Positions 55,574 to 64,000 of a stretch of 64,000 nt of DNA are shown one piece after another; position 1 is the stretch's first letter; each line of letters starts with the position of its first letter. The notes under the pieces are model-generated. The model did not search any database. It saw only the letters and a program-made list of their open reading frames with translations, and was not told where the DNA came from. This DNA comes from Gemmatimonadaceae bacterium (lineage in GTDB: Bacteria; Gemmatimonadota; Gemmatimonadetes; Gemmatimonadales; Gemmatimonadaceae). Both the position numbers and the translations under genes were made by a program. The DNA lies in contig JBJMOW010000005.1 of NCBI GenBank assembly GCA_045803545.1, positions 1,344,001 to 1,408,000 on the forward strand, written 5' to 3'.

Positions 55574-58321
55574 CTACCTCTCCAATCTTCCCCGCACGTA
55601 TGCGAACCGCCCGTTGAATCCGAATGGCGAGAAACCCGTGTATGGCAGAATCCCAGAGTTGTTGTTAGCCGGAATGTTCTCGGACGGATAGACATCGCCG
55701 ATGTTGTTCACGCCGAGGGTTACGCCGAAATGCGGAACGACCGGCAGCGACAGGCTCGCATCGGTAATCCATCTCGCCTTGTAGGTCTGATCGAGTGCCG
55801 GGTTGGTCGGACCGCGCGTTCCGATCTGACCGTAGCGCGTCGTGTGCACCGTAGCGCTGAAGCGCCGGATGGTGTGATCCAGCGTTGCATTGAACATTCG
55901 ATGCGGCTGTGCCTCCTCCAGCTTCGACCGCTCGAACCGATCGAACAGAACAGCGTTCTGGCTAGCCAGCGCGGGCGGGGTTGGATCGACGTGCGTGACG
56001 ACGGTGCCGGTCCGGTTGAATCCGCTGGTGAGGCTGGTGACTCCGCGATTGCCCCAGTCCAGCAGATATCGCCCAATGACATCGATGCCGTTGGTCTTCG
56101 TATCGATGGCGTTGGTGAAGTAGCGTGCGCTACCCACTCCCGGGAATCCCTGCGACGCCAGGAAATCGGTCATCGCCTGGCCAACGAAATTGCCGGACAG
56201 GACGATGCGATCGCGAATGGTGATGTGGTAGTAATCAGCGGTCAGTGACAGTGCGCGCAGCGGCTGCAGCGCCACGCCGAGCGAAGCATTCTCCGATTTC
56301 TCCGCCTTGAGCGGCTTCGCGCCGAGCGCCTGGGCCGGTCCGCTCGATACCGGAAGCGTGCGCACTTCGACGGCGGTCAGCACACCGTTGATGTTGATGA
56401 AATTGGTCGCAGTCGACGAGAAGAACTCCTGACCGAGTGACGGCGCGCGGAATCCGCTGTTGAACGCGCCGCGGATTGCAAAACCGGGGAACAGCTCGAG
56501 ACGACCCGACACCTTGCCGATCGTCGCCGATCCGAAATCACTGTAGTGCTCAGTGCGTCCAGCAACGCCGAGCAGCAGCCGCGAGAGCGGACTGGTCTCG
56601 AAATCGACGTAGCCCGCGAAGTTGGTGCGGCTGTGATCGCCGGCGTCGCCGGGTTGAAATCCAGGAAATACCTGCGCGCCCGGAGTCGGCTGCGCGCCGG
56701 CGTTCGGACCGTCGAGAACTTTGACTCCGCCATCACGATACGAGTCGGGCTCGCCGGCGACGATGCCATAGCTGTCGCGGCGCGCCTCGGCGCCGATCGC
56801 GACGTTGAGCGGAGCCGCGAACATGCTGATCGGAAACGCGCGCACAAAATCGAGGTTGCCCGTTGCCTCTCCGAACTTGAGCGAGCCGGAATTGAAGCTG
56901 GTCGGGCTTGCCGTGCCGAGCGTCGGGTTCACGGAGTTGGTGATCGTGAAATCGAACTGGTTGTGACCGTAGACTCCGCTCAGGTCGTAGTCCCAGCCGA
57001 CCAGATTGCCTTTGACGCCGACAGTTCCGGAGTAATCCCCGATCTTGCTGTTGATCAGCGGTAAAAATCCGTCCGGATAAATCGCCCGCACCGTGTTGTT
57101 GTTGGCTGCGGTGCGCCAGTTGCCCGCACCCTGTCCATTGCGTCGACTGGCGCCGCCGAAGGCGTAGACCTGCGCGCCGTTGGCGAACGTCGGCAGCGCG
57201 GCATTGAAGAATCCGCCGAGGTCGTTGACGTGCGCGTCGCCCTGGCGGAAGTCGACCTTGTTCAGGAAGGTAGGATCCGTATTGCGCGGATCGCCCGGAA
57301 AGTATTGTGGGCGCGGATCGGGCAGCGCGCGGTTGGTAGATCCACGATTCTCGTACTGCCCGGTGAGGTGAACGAAACCATTGTCGCGGAAGAGCGAGCC
57401 GGCGTTGAGAGAGACGGCGTTGACGTAGCCGTCGCGCAACTTGTTGTCACCCGGCAGCCGCTTGAAAGTGGTGTAGTTCTGCCCTGTCTCGTACTCGACG
57501 TCGGTCGACTCGTCCGATTTGAGGATGATGTTGATGACGCCGGCGATGGCGTCGGATCCGTACTGTGCCGCCGCGCCATCGCGCAGAATCTCGATGCGCT
57601 CGATCGAGCTGACGGGAATCGCGTTCAGATCGACGCCCGTCGATCCGCGTCCGATGGTGCCGTTGACGTTGACGAGCGCGCTGGTGTGACGGCGTTTTCC
57701 GTTGACGAGCACCAGGACTTGATCGGGTCCGAGGCCGCGCAGTGTCGACGGGCGCACGTGATCAGTTCCATCGCTGATCGTCGGCCGCGGGAAATTGAAA
57801 GACGGGGCCAGCGCCTGAATTACCTGACTCGTCTCGACCTGGCCCGTCGCGCGAATCTCCGTTGGAGTGAGAACGTCGACCGGGACCGGCGAGTTGAGCA
57901 CGGTGCGATCGTGCGCGCGCGTTCCGACGACAACGGCGGGATCCAGCTGTGAGACGCCGCGCTCGAGCACGTAATCGCGTGACGCACTTTCGCCGGCGAG
58001 AACGTCGACCGTGTCGCGACGGGGGGCGTAGCCAACGTAACTGACAAATACGACGTGGCGGCCGGGTCCGACGGGAAGACGATAGGTGCCGTCAGAGCGC
58101 GAGACAGTTCCCTGGGTCGTGCCGGGCAGCGATATGTGCGCGCCGGCAAGCGGCTGTCCGTTATCGCGATCCGTGATGCGACCGCTGATGCCTGATGTCG
58201 TCTGCGCTTCGAGCGGAATCGAAAGCAGGCAAGCAAATGAGAGCAACGCCGCCCATCTGCGCGGAGTTGGATGTTTGTCCAGAGTCGCAGGTGAAAGTGT
58301 CCTGCAATCAATCGTACGCAT
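55574..58321 (-). CDS. TonB-dependent receptor
   Basis: CarboxypepD_reg domain; LRGLGPDQVLVLVNGKRRH; IEILRDGAAAQYGSDAIAGVINI; SPFGFNGR. Confidence 0.94.
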   Translation of the reverse strand: MRTIDCRTLSPATLDKHPTPRRWAALLSFACLLSIPLEAQTTSGISGRITDRDNGQPLAGAHISLPGTTQGTVSRSDGTYRLPVGPGRHVVFVSYVGYAPRRDTVDVLAGESASRDYVLERGVSQLDPAVVVGTRAHDRTVLNSPVPVDVLTPTEIRATGQVETSQVIQALAPSFNFPRPTISDGTDHVRPSTLRGLGPDQVLVLVNGKRRHTSALVNVNGTIGRGSTGVDLNAIPVSSIERIEILRDGAAAQYGSDAIAGVINIILKSDESTDVEYETGQNYTTFKRLPGDNKLRDGYVNAVSLNAGSLFRDNGFVHLTGQYENRGSTNRALPDPRPQYFPGDPRNTDPTFLNKVDFRQGDAHVNDLGGFFNAALPTFANGAQVYAFGGASRRNGQGAGNWRTAANNNTVRAIYPDGFLPLINSKIGDYSGTVGVKGNLVGWDYDLSGVYGHNQFDFTITNSVNPTLGTASPTSFNSGSLKFGEATGNLDFVRAFPISMFAAPLNVAIGAEARRDSYGIVAGEPDSYRDGGVKVLDGPNAGAQPTPGAQVFPGFQPGDAGDHSRTNFAGYVDFETSPLSRLLLGVAGRTEHYSDFGSATIGKVSGRLELFPGFAIRGAFNSGFRAPSLGQEFFSSTATNFININGVLTAVEVRTLPVSSGPAQALGAKPLKAEKSENASLGVALQPLRALSLTADYYHITIRDRIVLSGNFVGQAMTDFLASQGFPGVGSARYFTNAIDTKTNGIDVIGRYLLDWGNRGVTSLTSGFNRTGTVVTHVDPTPPALASQNAVLFDRFERSKLEEAQPHRMFNATLDHTIRRFSATVHTTRYGQIGTRGPTNPALDQTYKARWITDASLSLPVVPHFGVTLGVNNIGDVYPSENIPANNNSGILPYTGFSPFGFNGRFAYVRGRLER

Positions 58322-58487
58322 GGGAGGTCCCCGGTGGAGAAGGATGTGAGACTTGCCGGGCGGGCGGGTGAACGCCACGTGAACCCAATACTCACTCCTG
58401 TGCCTCGATGCGCAACAACGGATGCTTCCACGCCTGGCTTCGGTGACGACACGCAACAGCGAGACATCGCCATTGCGTTGTAAACGT

Positions 58488-60254
58488 CTAGTAGCCCGCT
58501 GCTCCCGCGTCCGCATCCCGCGGATCGGCGAAGCCTCGTCGACTTCCCGTTTGCGGATCGATCTGGATGGAATGCGCCGTTCCCTGCGTGCCGCGCATCC
58601 TGATGCGATATCCCATCGCCTCGAGCGCCGACACCGTCGACAGCGGGACACCATTGTCCTCGATCGAGAGAATGTCCGGTTCCCACTGATGGTGGAAGCG
58701 CGGTGCGGTCACCGCATTCTGAATGCCCATCTTGAAATCGACCTGGTTCAGGATCACCTGCAACACCGTATTGATGATTGTGCGTCCGCCGGGACTGCCG
58801 ACCACCGCCACGAGTTGACCATTCCTGGCGACAATGGTTGGCGTCATGCTGGACAGCATCCGCTTGCCCGGCCGCGCCAGATTCGCGGGAGTTCCGATCG
58901 ATCCAGTGGAATCGGTGACACCTGGCCGCGCGTTGAAATCTCCCATTTCGTTGTTGAGGAGAAAGCCGGCACCCGACACGACCGCGCCGAGCCCGTACCC
59001 GAATTCGAGAGTGTAGGTGACGGAGACGGCCATGCCGCCGGCATCGACCACGGAATAGTGCGTCGTCTCGCTGCTCTCGAATCCGCGCGCGATCTGAGCC
59101 GGCGACGATGGCGTCGCGCGATTATCGTCGATCGTACGCCGCAGAGCGGCAGCGTACGATTTCGACTTCAGGCGATCGATCGGCGCCTCGACGAAGTCGG
59201 GATCGCCAAGGTATCGCGCGCGGTCGACGAACGCGCGCCGCATCGCTTCCGCGACAAGGTGCACATACTTCGGCGAGTTATGACCGTAGGAGCCGAGATC
59301 GTAGCCCTCCAGAATGTTGAGCATCTCGATCAGCGCGGTACCACCAGAGCTCGGCGGCGCCATCGAGACGATTTCGTAGCCGCGGTAACTGCCGCGAATC
59401 GGAGCTCGCTCCTTCGCCTGGTAATTGGCCAGATCCTGCGCCGTAATCAGCCCACCATTGCGGCGCATGTCATCGGCCAACAGACGCGCCGTCTCGCCGA
59501 GATAGAATCCGTCGCGCCCGTGATCGCGAATGCGGGCGAGCGTGCGTGCGAGATCCGGTTGGCGAAAGATCTCGCCCGCCACGTACGGCTGACCGTTCTT
59601 GCTGAAGGCAGCGACGCTCGCCGGATACTCCTGAAAGTCCTTTTGCATCCCCGCCAGCGAACCCGCAAGTCCGGACGGCACGGCGAAACCTTCCCTCGCC
59701 AGTCGCTCGGCCGGTGCAACGAGTCGAGCCCAGTCAGTTTTCCCGTACTTCTGGTGCGCGAGCGCGAAGCCAGCGACCGTACCGGGGACACCGACTGATT
59801 TGTAGCTGCGATGATGGATGGTGAAGGAATAATTGCCGGCGGAATCGAGAAACATCTCGGGCCCGGCGAGCTGTGGCGCCGCCTCACGAAAATCAAAAGT
59901 GGTGGCGCGGCCGTCGGGAAAGCGGATGACCATGAAGCCACCGCCACCAATGTTGCCGGCAAAGGGAAAGGTGACAGCGAGCGCGAAGCCGGTGGCAATC
60001 GCCGCGTCGACAGCGTTTCCGCCCCCCGCCAAAACGTTGCGGCCAACGTCACTGGCAATGCTGCTGGCGGAGACGACCATTCCGTGCGGAGCGACGGCGT
60101 AACGACCGGCAGTCGCAGTCGACTGCGTGGTCGCTGTCGGAGGCGGGACCGTCGCGGGCGACACCGCGCAGTTCGTAAGGCAGGCAGCAGTGAACGCCAG
60201 TGCTGTGCGAAGCATGCGGATCTGCAGTGACTGTACGGATGGAATCGATGTCAT
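58488..60254 (-). CDS. ggt: gamma-glutamyltransferase
   Basis: GGNAVDAA; autocleavage Thr in ETTHYSVVD; LNNEMGDF; PGKRMLSSMTP; GSPGG. Start may be 60215. Confidence 0.95.
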   Translation of the reverse strand: MTSIPSVQSLQIRMLRTALAFTAACLTNCAVSPATVPPPTATTQSTATAGRYAVAPHGMVVSASSIASDVGRNVLAGGGNAVDAAIATGFALAVTFPFAGNIGGGGFMVIRFPDGRATTFDFREAAPQLAGPEMFLDSAGNYSFTIHHRSYKSVGVPGTVAGFALAHQKYGKTDWARLVAPAERLAREGFAVPSGLAGSLAGMQKDFQEYPASVAAFSKNGQPYVAGEIFRQPDLARTLARIRDHGRDGFYLGETARLLADDMRRNGGLITAQDLANYQAKERAPIRGSYRGYEIVSMAPPSSGGTALIEMLNILEGYDLGSYGHNSPKYVHLVAEAMRRAFVDRARYLGDPDFVEAPIDRLKSKSYAAALRRTIDDNRATPSSPAQIARGFESSETTHYSVVDAGGMAVSVTYTLEFGYGLGAVVSGAGFLLNNEMGDFNARPGVTDSTGSIGTPANLARPGKRMLSSMTPTIVARNGQLVAVVGSPGGRTIINTVLQVILNQVDFKMGIQNAVTAPRFHHQWEPDILSIEDNGVPLSTVSALEAMGYRIRMRGTQGTAHSIQIDPQTGSRRGFADPRDADAGAAGY

Positions 60255-60357
60255 ACGCTAGTTGTTGGGCGTCCGCCTAACATCGGCATTGTTTCGCAGA
60301 TTGGCTACTGCTCTTGACGGCCATACCTCAGGTTGATCCTAGCGACTCCAAGGCACT

Positions 60358-61164
60358 TCACATAGCGAGCCGCCGCTCCAGCTCTTCGCGCCGTGAGCGC
60401 GCGATCTTGATCTTGACGCCGTTTTTGAGCTGAACTTCGCAGTCGCCGCTCGGCGACTTGAGCAGCGCGTCAACGCGATCGAGCTGCACGATGGCCGAGC
60501 GGTGGACGCGGAAAAAGCGCGCGGGGTCGAGCTGGTTCTCCAGATTCTGCATCGCTTCGCGAATGAGGTGCTTGCGGTCGCCCACCACCAGCTCGGCGTA
60601 CGGTCCATCGGCAAGGATGTAATCGATCTCCGACACCGCGATGTAGCGAACCTTGCCACGCGACTCGACGGGAATGCGCTCGAGATAATGCGGGAGGCGG
60701 GAGGCGGGAAGCGGGAGGCGCGAACCGCCCTCGCTTGTCTCCTGCAACACCGCCAACAACATTTCACGGAGGCGATCGGCCGCCTCCAATCGCGCGATGC
60801 GCCGCGCGCGCTGAAAAGCCTCTCTGAAGCGCTCGTCGTCGAATGGCTTTACGAGATAATCGATCGCCGCCAGATCGAACGCTTCGAGCGCGTGCTTGTC
60901 ATACGCCGTCACGAACACGGTGGTCGGCATCTCGGCGGGCCCGACGGTGCGCACTACCTCGAGGCCGGTCATGCCGGGCATCTGGACGTCGAGGAAAACG
61001 AGATCGGGCGCCAGCGATAGAATTGCGTCGACGGCTGAAACGCCGTCGCCGATCATGCCGACTATCTCCACGCCAGGCTCCTTTCGCACCAGACCCGCGA
61101 CGCGCCGGCGGCCGAGCGGCTCGTCGTCGACGATCAGCACACGAAGCGGCGTGCTCTCAGGCAT
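60358..61164 (-). CDS. LytTR family response regulator
   Basis: IVDDEP, FLDVQMP, DYLVKP; LytTR FFRVHRSAIV. Confidence 0.95.
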   Translation of the reverse strand: MPESTPLRVLIVDDEPLGRRRVAGLVRKEPGVEIVGMIGDGVSAVDAILSLAPDLVFLDVQMPGMTGLEVVRTVGPAEMPTTVFVTAYDKHALEAFDLAAIDYLVKPFDDERFREAFQRARRIARLEAADRLREMLLAVLQETSEGGSRLPLPASRLPHYLERIPVESRGKVRYIAVSEIDYILADGPYAELVVGDRKHLIREAMQNLENQLDPARFFRVHRSAIVQLDRVDALLKSPSGDCEVQLKNGVKIKIARSRREELERRLAM

Positions 61165-62404
61165 TGCGTACGCTCCGGCGCTGTGACGTCGTGTGATACG
61201 GGAGACGAACCTCCACGAGGGCGCCGCCGCCTGAATCAGCAGTCAGCGCGAGTCGCTGGCGCTCGCCGTAGAGTTGCGTGAGCCGAGCACGCGTATTGGT
61301 CAGACCTACGCCCTCACGCACGGGGTTCGCCGGGCCGCGGCCGTTGTCGCGCACGCTGAGCACGAGATCGCCATCGTCGCGCACCGCGCGCACCGTCACG
61401 CGTCCGATGGTCTGCATCTGCGCGAGCCCGTGCCGAAACGCGTTCTCGACGAGCGGCTGGAGCACGAGGTTCGGGACTAGCGCGTCGTCGAGCGACGGCT
61501 CGCTCTCAATGGACACATCGAGCTTGCCCTGAAAGCGCACTTCCATGATGTCCATATAGCGTCGCAACATCTCGAGCTCGCGAGCGAGAGTGATCTCCTG
61601 CTCGTCACCTTCACCGAGAGTGTGACGCAGCAGATCGCTGAGGCGTGCGATCATGCGCCGCGCGCCGGGCGGGTCTTCATCGACGAGCGTGGAGACGGCG
61701 TTCAGCGTATTGAACAGGAAGTGCGGATTGAGCTGCGCGCGCAGCACGTTCAACCGCGCGTCCGCAACCTGCGCATGCAGCTCCGCCGATTCCGCACGAA
61801 GCTCCGTCGCCTCGGCCTCGAGCCGCCGCGTTTCTTCCAGCCGCGCCTGATAGCGCACGTAGTAGTTGCGCGCGAGTCCCGCGCCGAGCACGACCACGTA
61901 GACTATGAAGTCGTAGAGAAACGAGAAGCGGGAGAAGAGACTGCGGGGGCCGGGCTGCGGGAAGCGGGACGCGGGAAGCGAGAGGCGGGACGGGGGAAGC
62001 GGTGCGCCCGGGGCCGTGGGCGTCGCCAGCACCTGGTGGCTGATCAGTTTGAGCAGCGCGTCCACGCCGATGGCGAGCACGAGTCCAATCAGCAGAAACG
62101 CGAGGATGCGATCGAGTGTGGGCCGGTCGCCACCAAACCGCCGAGTCATCCAGAAAATCGGCAGCGTCAGCACCGCCCATAGTCCGTACTCGACCAGCGC
62201 AATTTTGTCGATGCCCGATGTGACATCAGGACGCAGCGCGGCGCGCATCGCCGCAACGGCCGCGACACGCGGGTCGATCAGGAGGCCGGCGGCTGTGAGC
62301 ACGACGAGGAACGCCCAGAACGCGAGAATCGCGAAGATCTCGCCACGCGTTAGTCGCCCGATTGAACTGCCTGTGTCCCCTGCTTCGTGCTGGTTGTCAG
62401 CCAT
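61157..62404 (-). CDS. LytS/YehU-type sensor histidine kinase
   Basis: TM helices; AQLNPHFLFNTLN; LQPLVENAFRHG; DNGRG; GVGL.N. Confidence 0.93.
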   Translation of the reverse strand: MADNQHEAGDTGSSIGRLTRGEIFAILAFWAFLVVLTAAGLLIDPRVAAVAAMRAALRPDVTSGIDKIALVEYGLWAVLTLPIFWMTRRFGGDRPTLDRILAFLLIGLVLAIGVDALLKLISHQVLATPTAPGAPLPPSRLSLPASRFPQPGPRSLFSRFSFLYDFIVYVVVLGAGLARNYYVRYQARLEETRRLEAEATELRAESAELHAQVADARLNVLRAQLNPHFLFNTLNAVSTLVDEDPPGARRMIARLSDLLRHTLGEGDEQEITLARELEMLRRYMDIMEVRFQGKLDVSIESEPSLDDALVPNLVLQPLVENAFRHGLAQMQTIGRVTVRAVRDDGDLVLSVRDNGRGPANPVREGVGLTNTRARLTQLYGERQRLALTADSGGGALVEVRLPYHTTSQRRSVRNA

Positions 62405-62453
62405 TTCGTAACACCTATCCGCCACTCGTAACACCGCGCCGAGTGCCGCTCGC
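62401..62453 (+). promoter_or_regulatory. direct repeats, probable LytTR binding site
   Basis: TCGTAACACC at 62406 and 62426 (20-bp period), plus the related CCGCTCG at 62446, in the divergent promoter. Confidence 0.6.
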
Positions 62454-62475
62454 GCTCAGTCGTAGTATCACCGTG

Positions 62476-63720
62476 ATGCCGCGAATGAAACTACCGCTTC
62501 CCGCCTCCCGCTTCCCACTTCCCGCAGCCATCGCGATCATCCTCGCCGGCAGCGGCTGGTTTTACAAACGGGCTGACAGAAGCGAACCGCCAATTTATCG
62601 CACTGCCGTGATCGAGCGCGGCAGCGTGAAGCCGACCGTCTCCTCCACCGGTACCCTCAGCGCCGTGAAGACGATCCAGGTCGGCACCCAGGTCTCCGGA
62701 CAGGTCTCGGCGATTTACGCCGACTTCAACCAGCACGTAAGAAGGGGACAACTGCTCGCCACTATAGATCCTGCGCTGCAGAACCAGGCAGTGGCGGAAG
62801 CGCAGGCGCAGGTCGAGCGCGCGCAGGCGACGATGGACCAGGCGCAGGGTGACTATGCGCGCAGCAAGCAGCTCTTCGAATGGAAGGCCATTACCGCCAG
62901 CGAGTTCAGCGCGGTGCAATCCAACTACTCGGTGCACAAGGCCGACGTCAAATCGGCGCAAGTCGCCCTCGAGCGCGCGCGACAGAATCTCGCGTACACA
63001 AAGATCTACGCGCCAATCGACGGCGTAATCGTCGAGCGCAATGTCGACGTCGGCCAGACAGTCGCCGCGAACTTCTCGACGCCGCAGCTCTTTCTCATCG
63101 CCAACGATCTCTCCGACATGCAGATCCTCGCTCTGGTTGACGAGAGCGACATCGGCGCGATCAGGAACGGTCTGCCGGTGGAGTTCACAGTGCAAGCGTA
63201 TCCCAACGAGACGTTCACTGGGATGGTACAGCAGGTGCGGCTGCAATCCAGGACTCAGGACAACGTCGTCAACTACACCGCAGTGGTCGGCGTGAAGAAC
63301 ATCACGGGCAAGCTGCTCCCCGGCATGACGGCAACGGTGCAGTTCCTCACCGGCGACGCGGAGAACGTGCTGATCGTGCCCAACTCGGCGCTACGCGTGA
63401 GACTGGGCGGGAAGCGGGAAGCGGGAAGCGGGAAGCGGGAAGCGCAGACAACTTTGGCGCAGGCGCAGGGAGCTATCGACGTCCCCGCCGACGGCAATTC
63501 GGCGATTCTCTGGACGCTCGACAAGAACGGAATGCCAAAGCCTCTGCGCGTGCACACCGGGCTGAGCGACGAAACTCACACGGAGGTCGCGGGACAAAAC
63601 CTTACCGCAGGAACGAGAATCGTGATCGGAGTGATGGACGCCGGCGCGACCTCGGGCGATGCGCCGTCGAAGAACCCGTTCCAGGAGCCGCGACCAAGCG
63701 GCGGGGACAAAGGCGGCTGA
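62476..63720 (+). CDS. efflux transporter periplasmic adaptor (MacA/HlyD-like)
   Basis: VGTQVSGQV, IYAPIDGVI, VGQTVAA, VDESDIG, LLPGMTA. Confidence 0.93.
   Translation: MPRMKLPLPASRFPLPAAIAIILAGSGWFYKRADRSEPPIYRTAVIERGSVKPTVSSTGTLSAVKTIQVGTQVSGQVSAIYADFNQHVRRGQLLATIDPALQNQAVAEAQAQVERAQATMDQAQGDYARSKQLFEWKAITASEFSAVQSNYSVHKADVKSAQVALERARQNLAYTKIYAPIDGVIVERNVDVGQTVAANFSTPQLFLIANDLSDMQILALVDESDIGAIRNGLPVEFTVQAYPNETFTGMVQQVRLQSRTQDNVVNYTAVVGVKNITGKLLPGMTATVQFLTGDAENVLIVPNSALRVRLGGKREAGSGKREAQTTLAQAQGAIDVPADGNSAILWTLDKNGMPKPLRVHTGLSDETHTEVAGQNLTAGTRIVIGVMDAGATSGDAPSKNPFQEPRPSGGDKGG
63407..63441 (+). repeat. perfect (GCGGGAA)5 tandem array inside the CDS
   Basis: Five exact units encoding GKREAGSGKREA. 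Confidence 0.95.
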
Positions 63721-64000
63721 TGAAACGATCGACGTTGCTCAAGGTGGCGACGGAGAGCATCGGCAGGAACAAGATGCGCTCGCTGCTGACGATGCTCGGC
63801 ATCGTGATCGGCGTCGCAGCAGTGATCGTGATGGTCGCCATCGGCAATGGCGCGAGCCTGCAGATCGAATCGTCGATCAAGAAGATGGGCACCAATGTCA
63901 TTATGATCATGCCGACGTCGACGACCCACGCCGGCGCGAGCCTCGGCGCGGCCACCTACAACAAGCTCACCGTCGCCGACGCGATGAAGATCAAGCGGGA
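63720..64000 (+). CDS. MacB-like ABC transporter permease, 3' partial
   Basis: TGATG coupling; RNKMRSLLTMLGIVIGVAAVIVMVAIGNGA; runs off the window end. Confidence 0.9.
   Translation, partial: MKRSTLLKVATESIGRNKMRSLLTMLGIVIGVAAVIVMVAIGNGASLQIESSIKKMGTNVIMIMPTSTTHAGASLGAATYNKLTVADAMKIKR

Noticed and set aside
58322..58654. Long N-terminal extension or riboswitch upstream of the TonB receptor
   Set aside because: The extension overlaps ggt, and I could not see cobalamin, TPP or SAM consensus elements in the spacer.
58422..59798. 458-aa antisense ORF over ggt
   Set aside because: Shadow ORF opposite a well-supported gene.

Overview
GC-rich bacterial chromosome segment, most likely Gemmatimonadota. 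This is inferred from the gene families present: a Ser/Thr kinase with TolB-like repeats, a SusC/SusD pair, carboxypeptidase-regulatory/plug-only proteins, DUF5916, DUF885 and Geobacter-like short pilins. It holds about 50 CDS. Main blocks: an M1 peptidase; a Tat-partner/GMC/beta-propeller operon; a redox-stress island with two divergent ECF sigma/zinc anti-sigma pairs; a kinase; an orphan EF-G paralog; two divergent type IV pilin paralogs bracketing a LacI-controlled SusC/SusD sugar locus (galM, GH5, GH43, sodium:solute symporter); secreted hydrolases, a TonB receptor and ggt; and a LytS/LytTR two-component system divergent from a MacAB-like exporter. I saw no rRNA, tRNA, CRISPR array, transposase or integrase. 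The most unusual signals are: (i) a dispersed 130-147 bp palindromic element with 62-nt arms and compensatory changes, one copy in frame inside a lipoprotein signal peptide and one supplying a stop codon; (ii) many (GCGGGAA)n/(TTCCCGC)n heptamer arrays in reading frames and other long hairpins with heptamer-like arms; (iii) a Sec-exported protein carrying a type IV pilin head without the assembly helix; (iv) a possible c-di-GMP-I-like leader before one pilin; (v) a deletion scar joining two gene ends. All family calls come from motif recognition by eye; no database searches were run.
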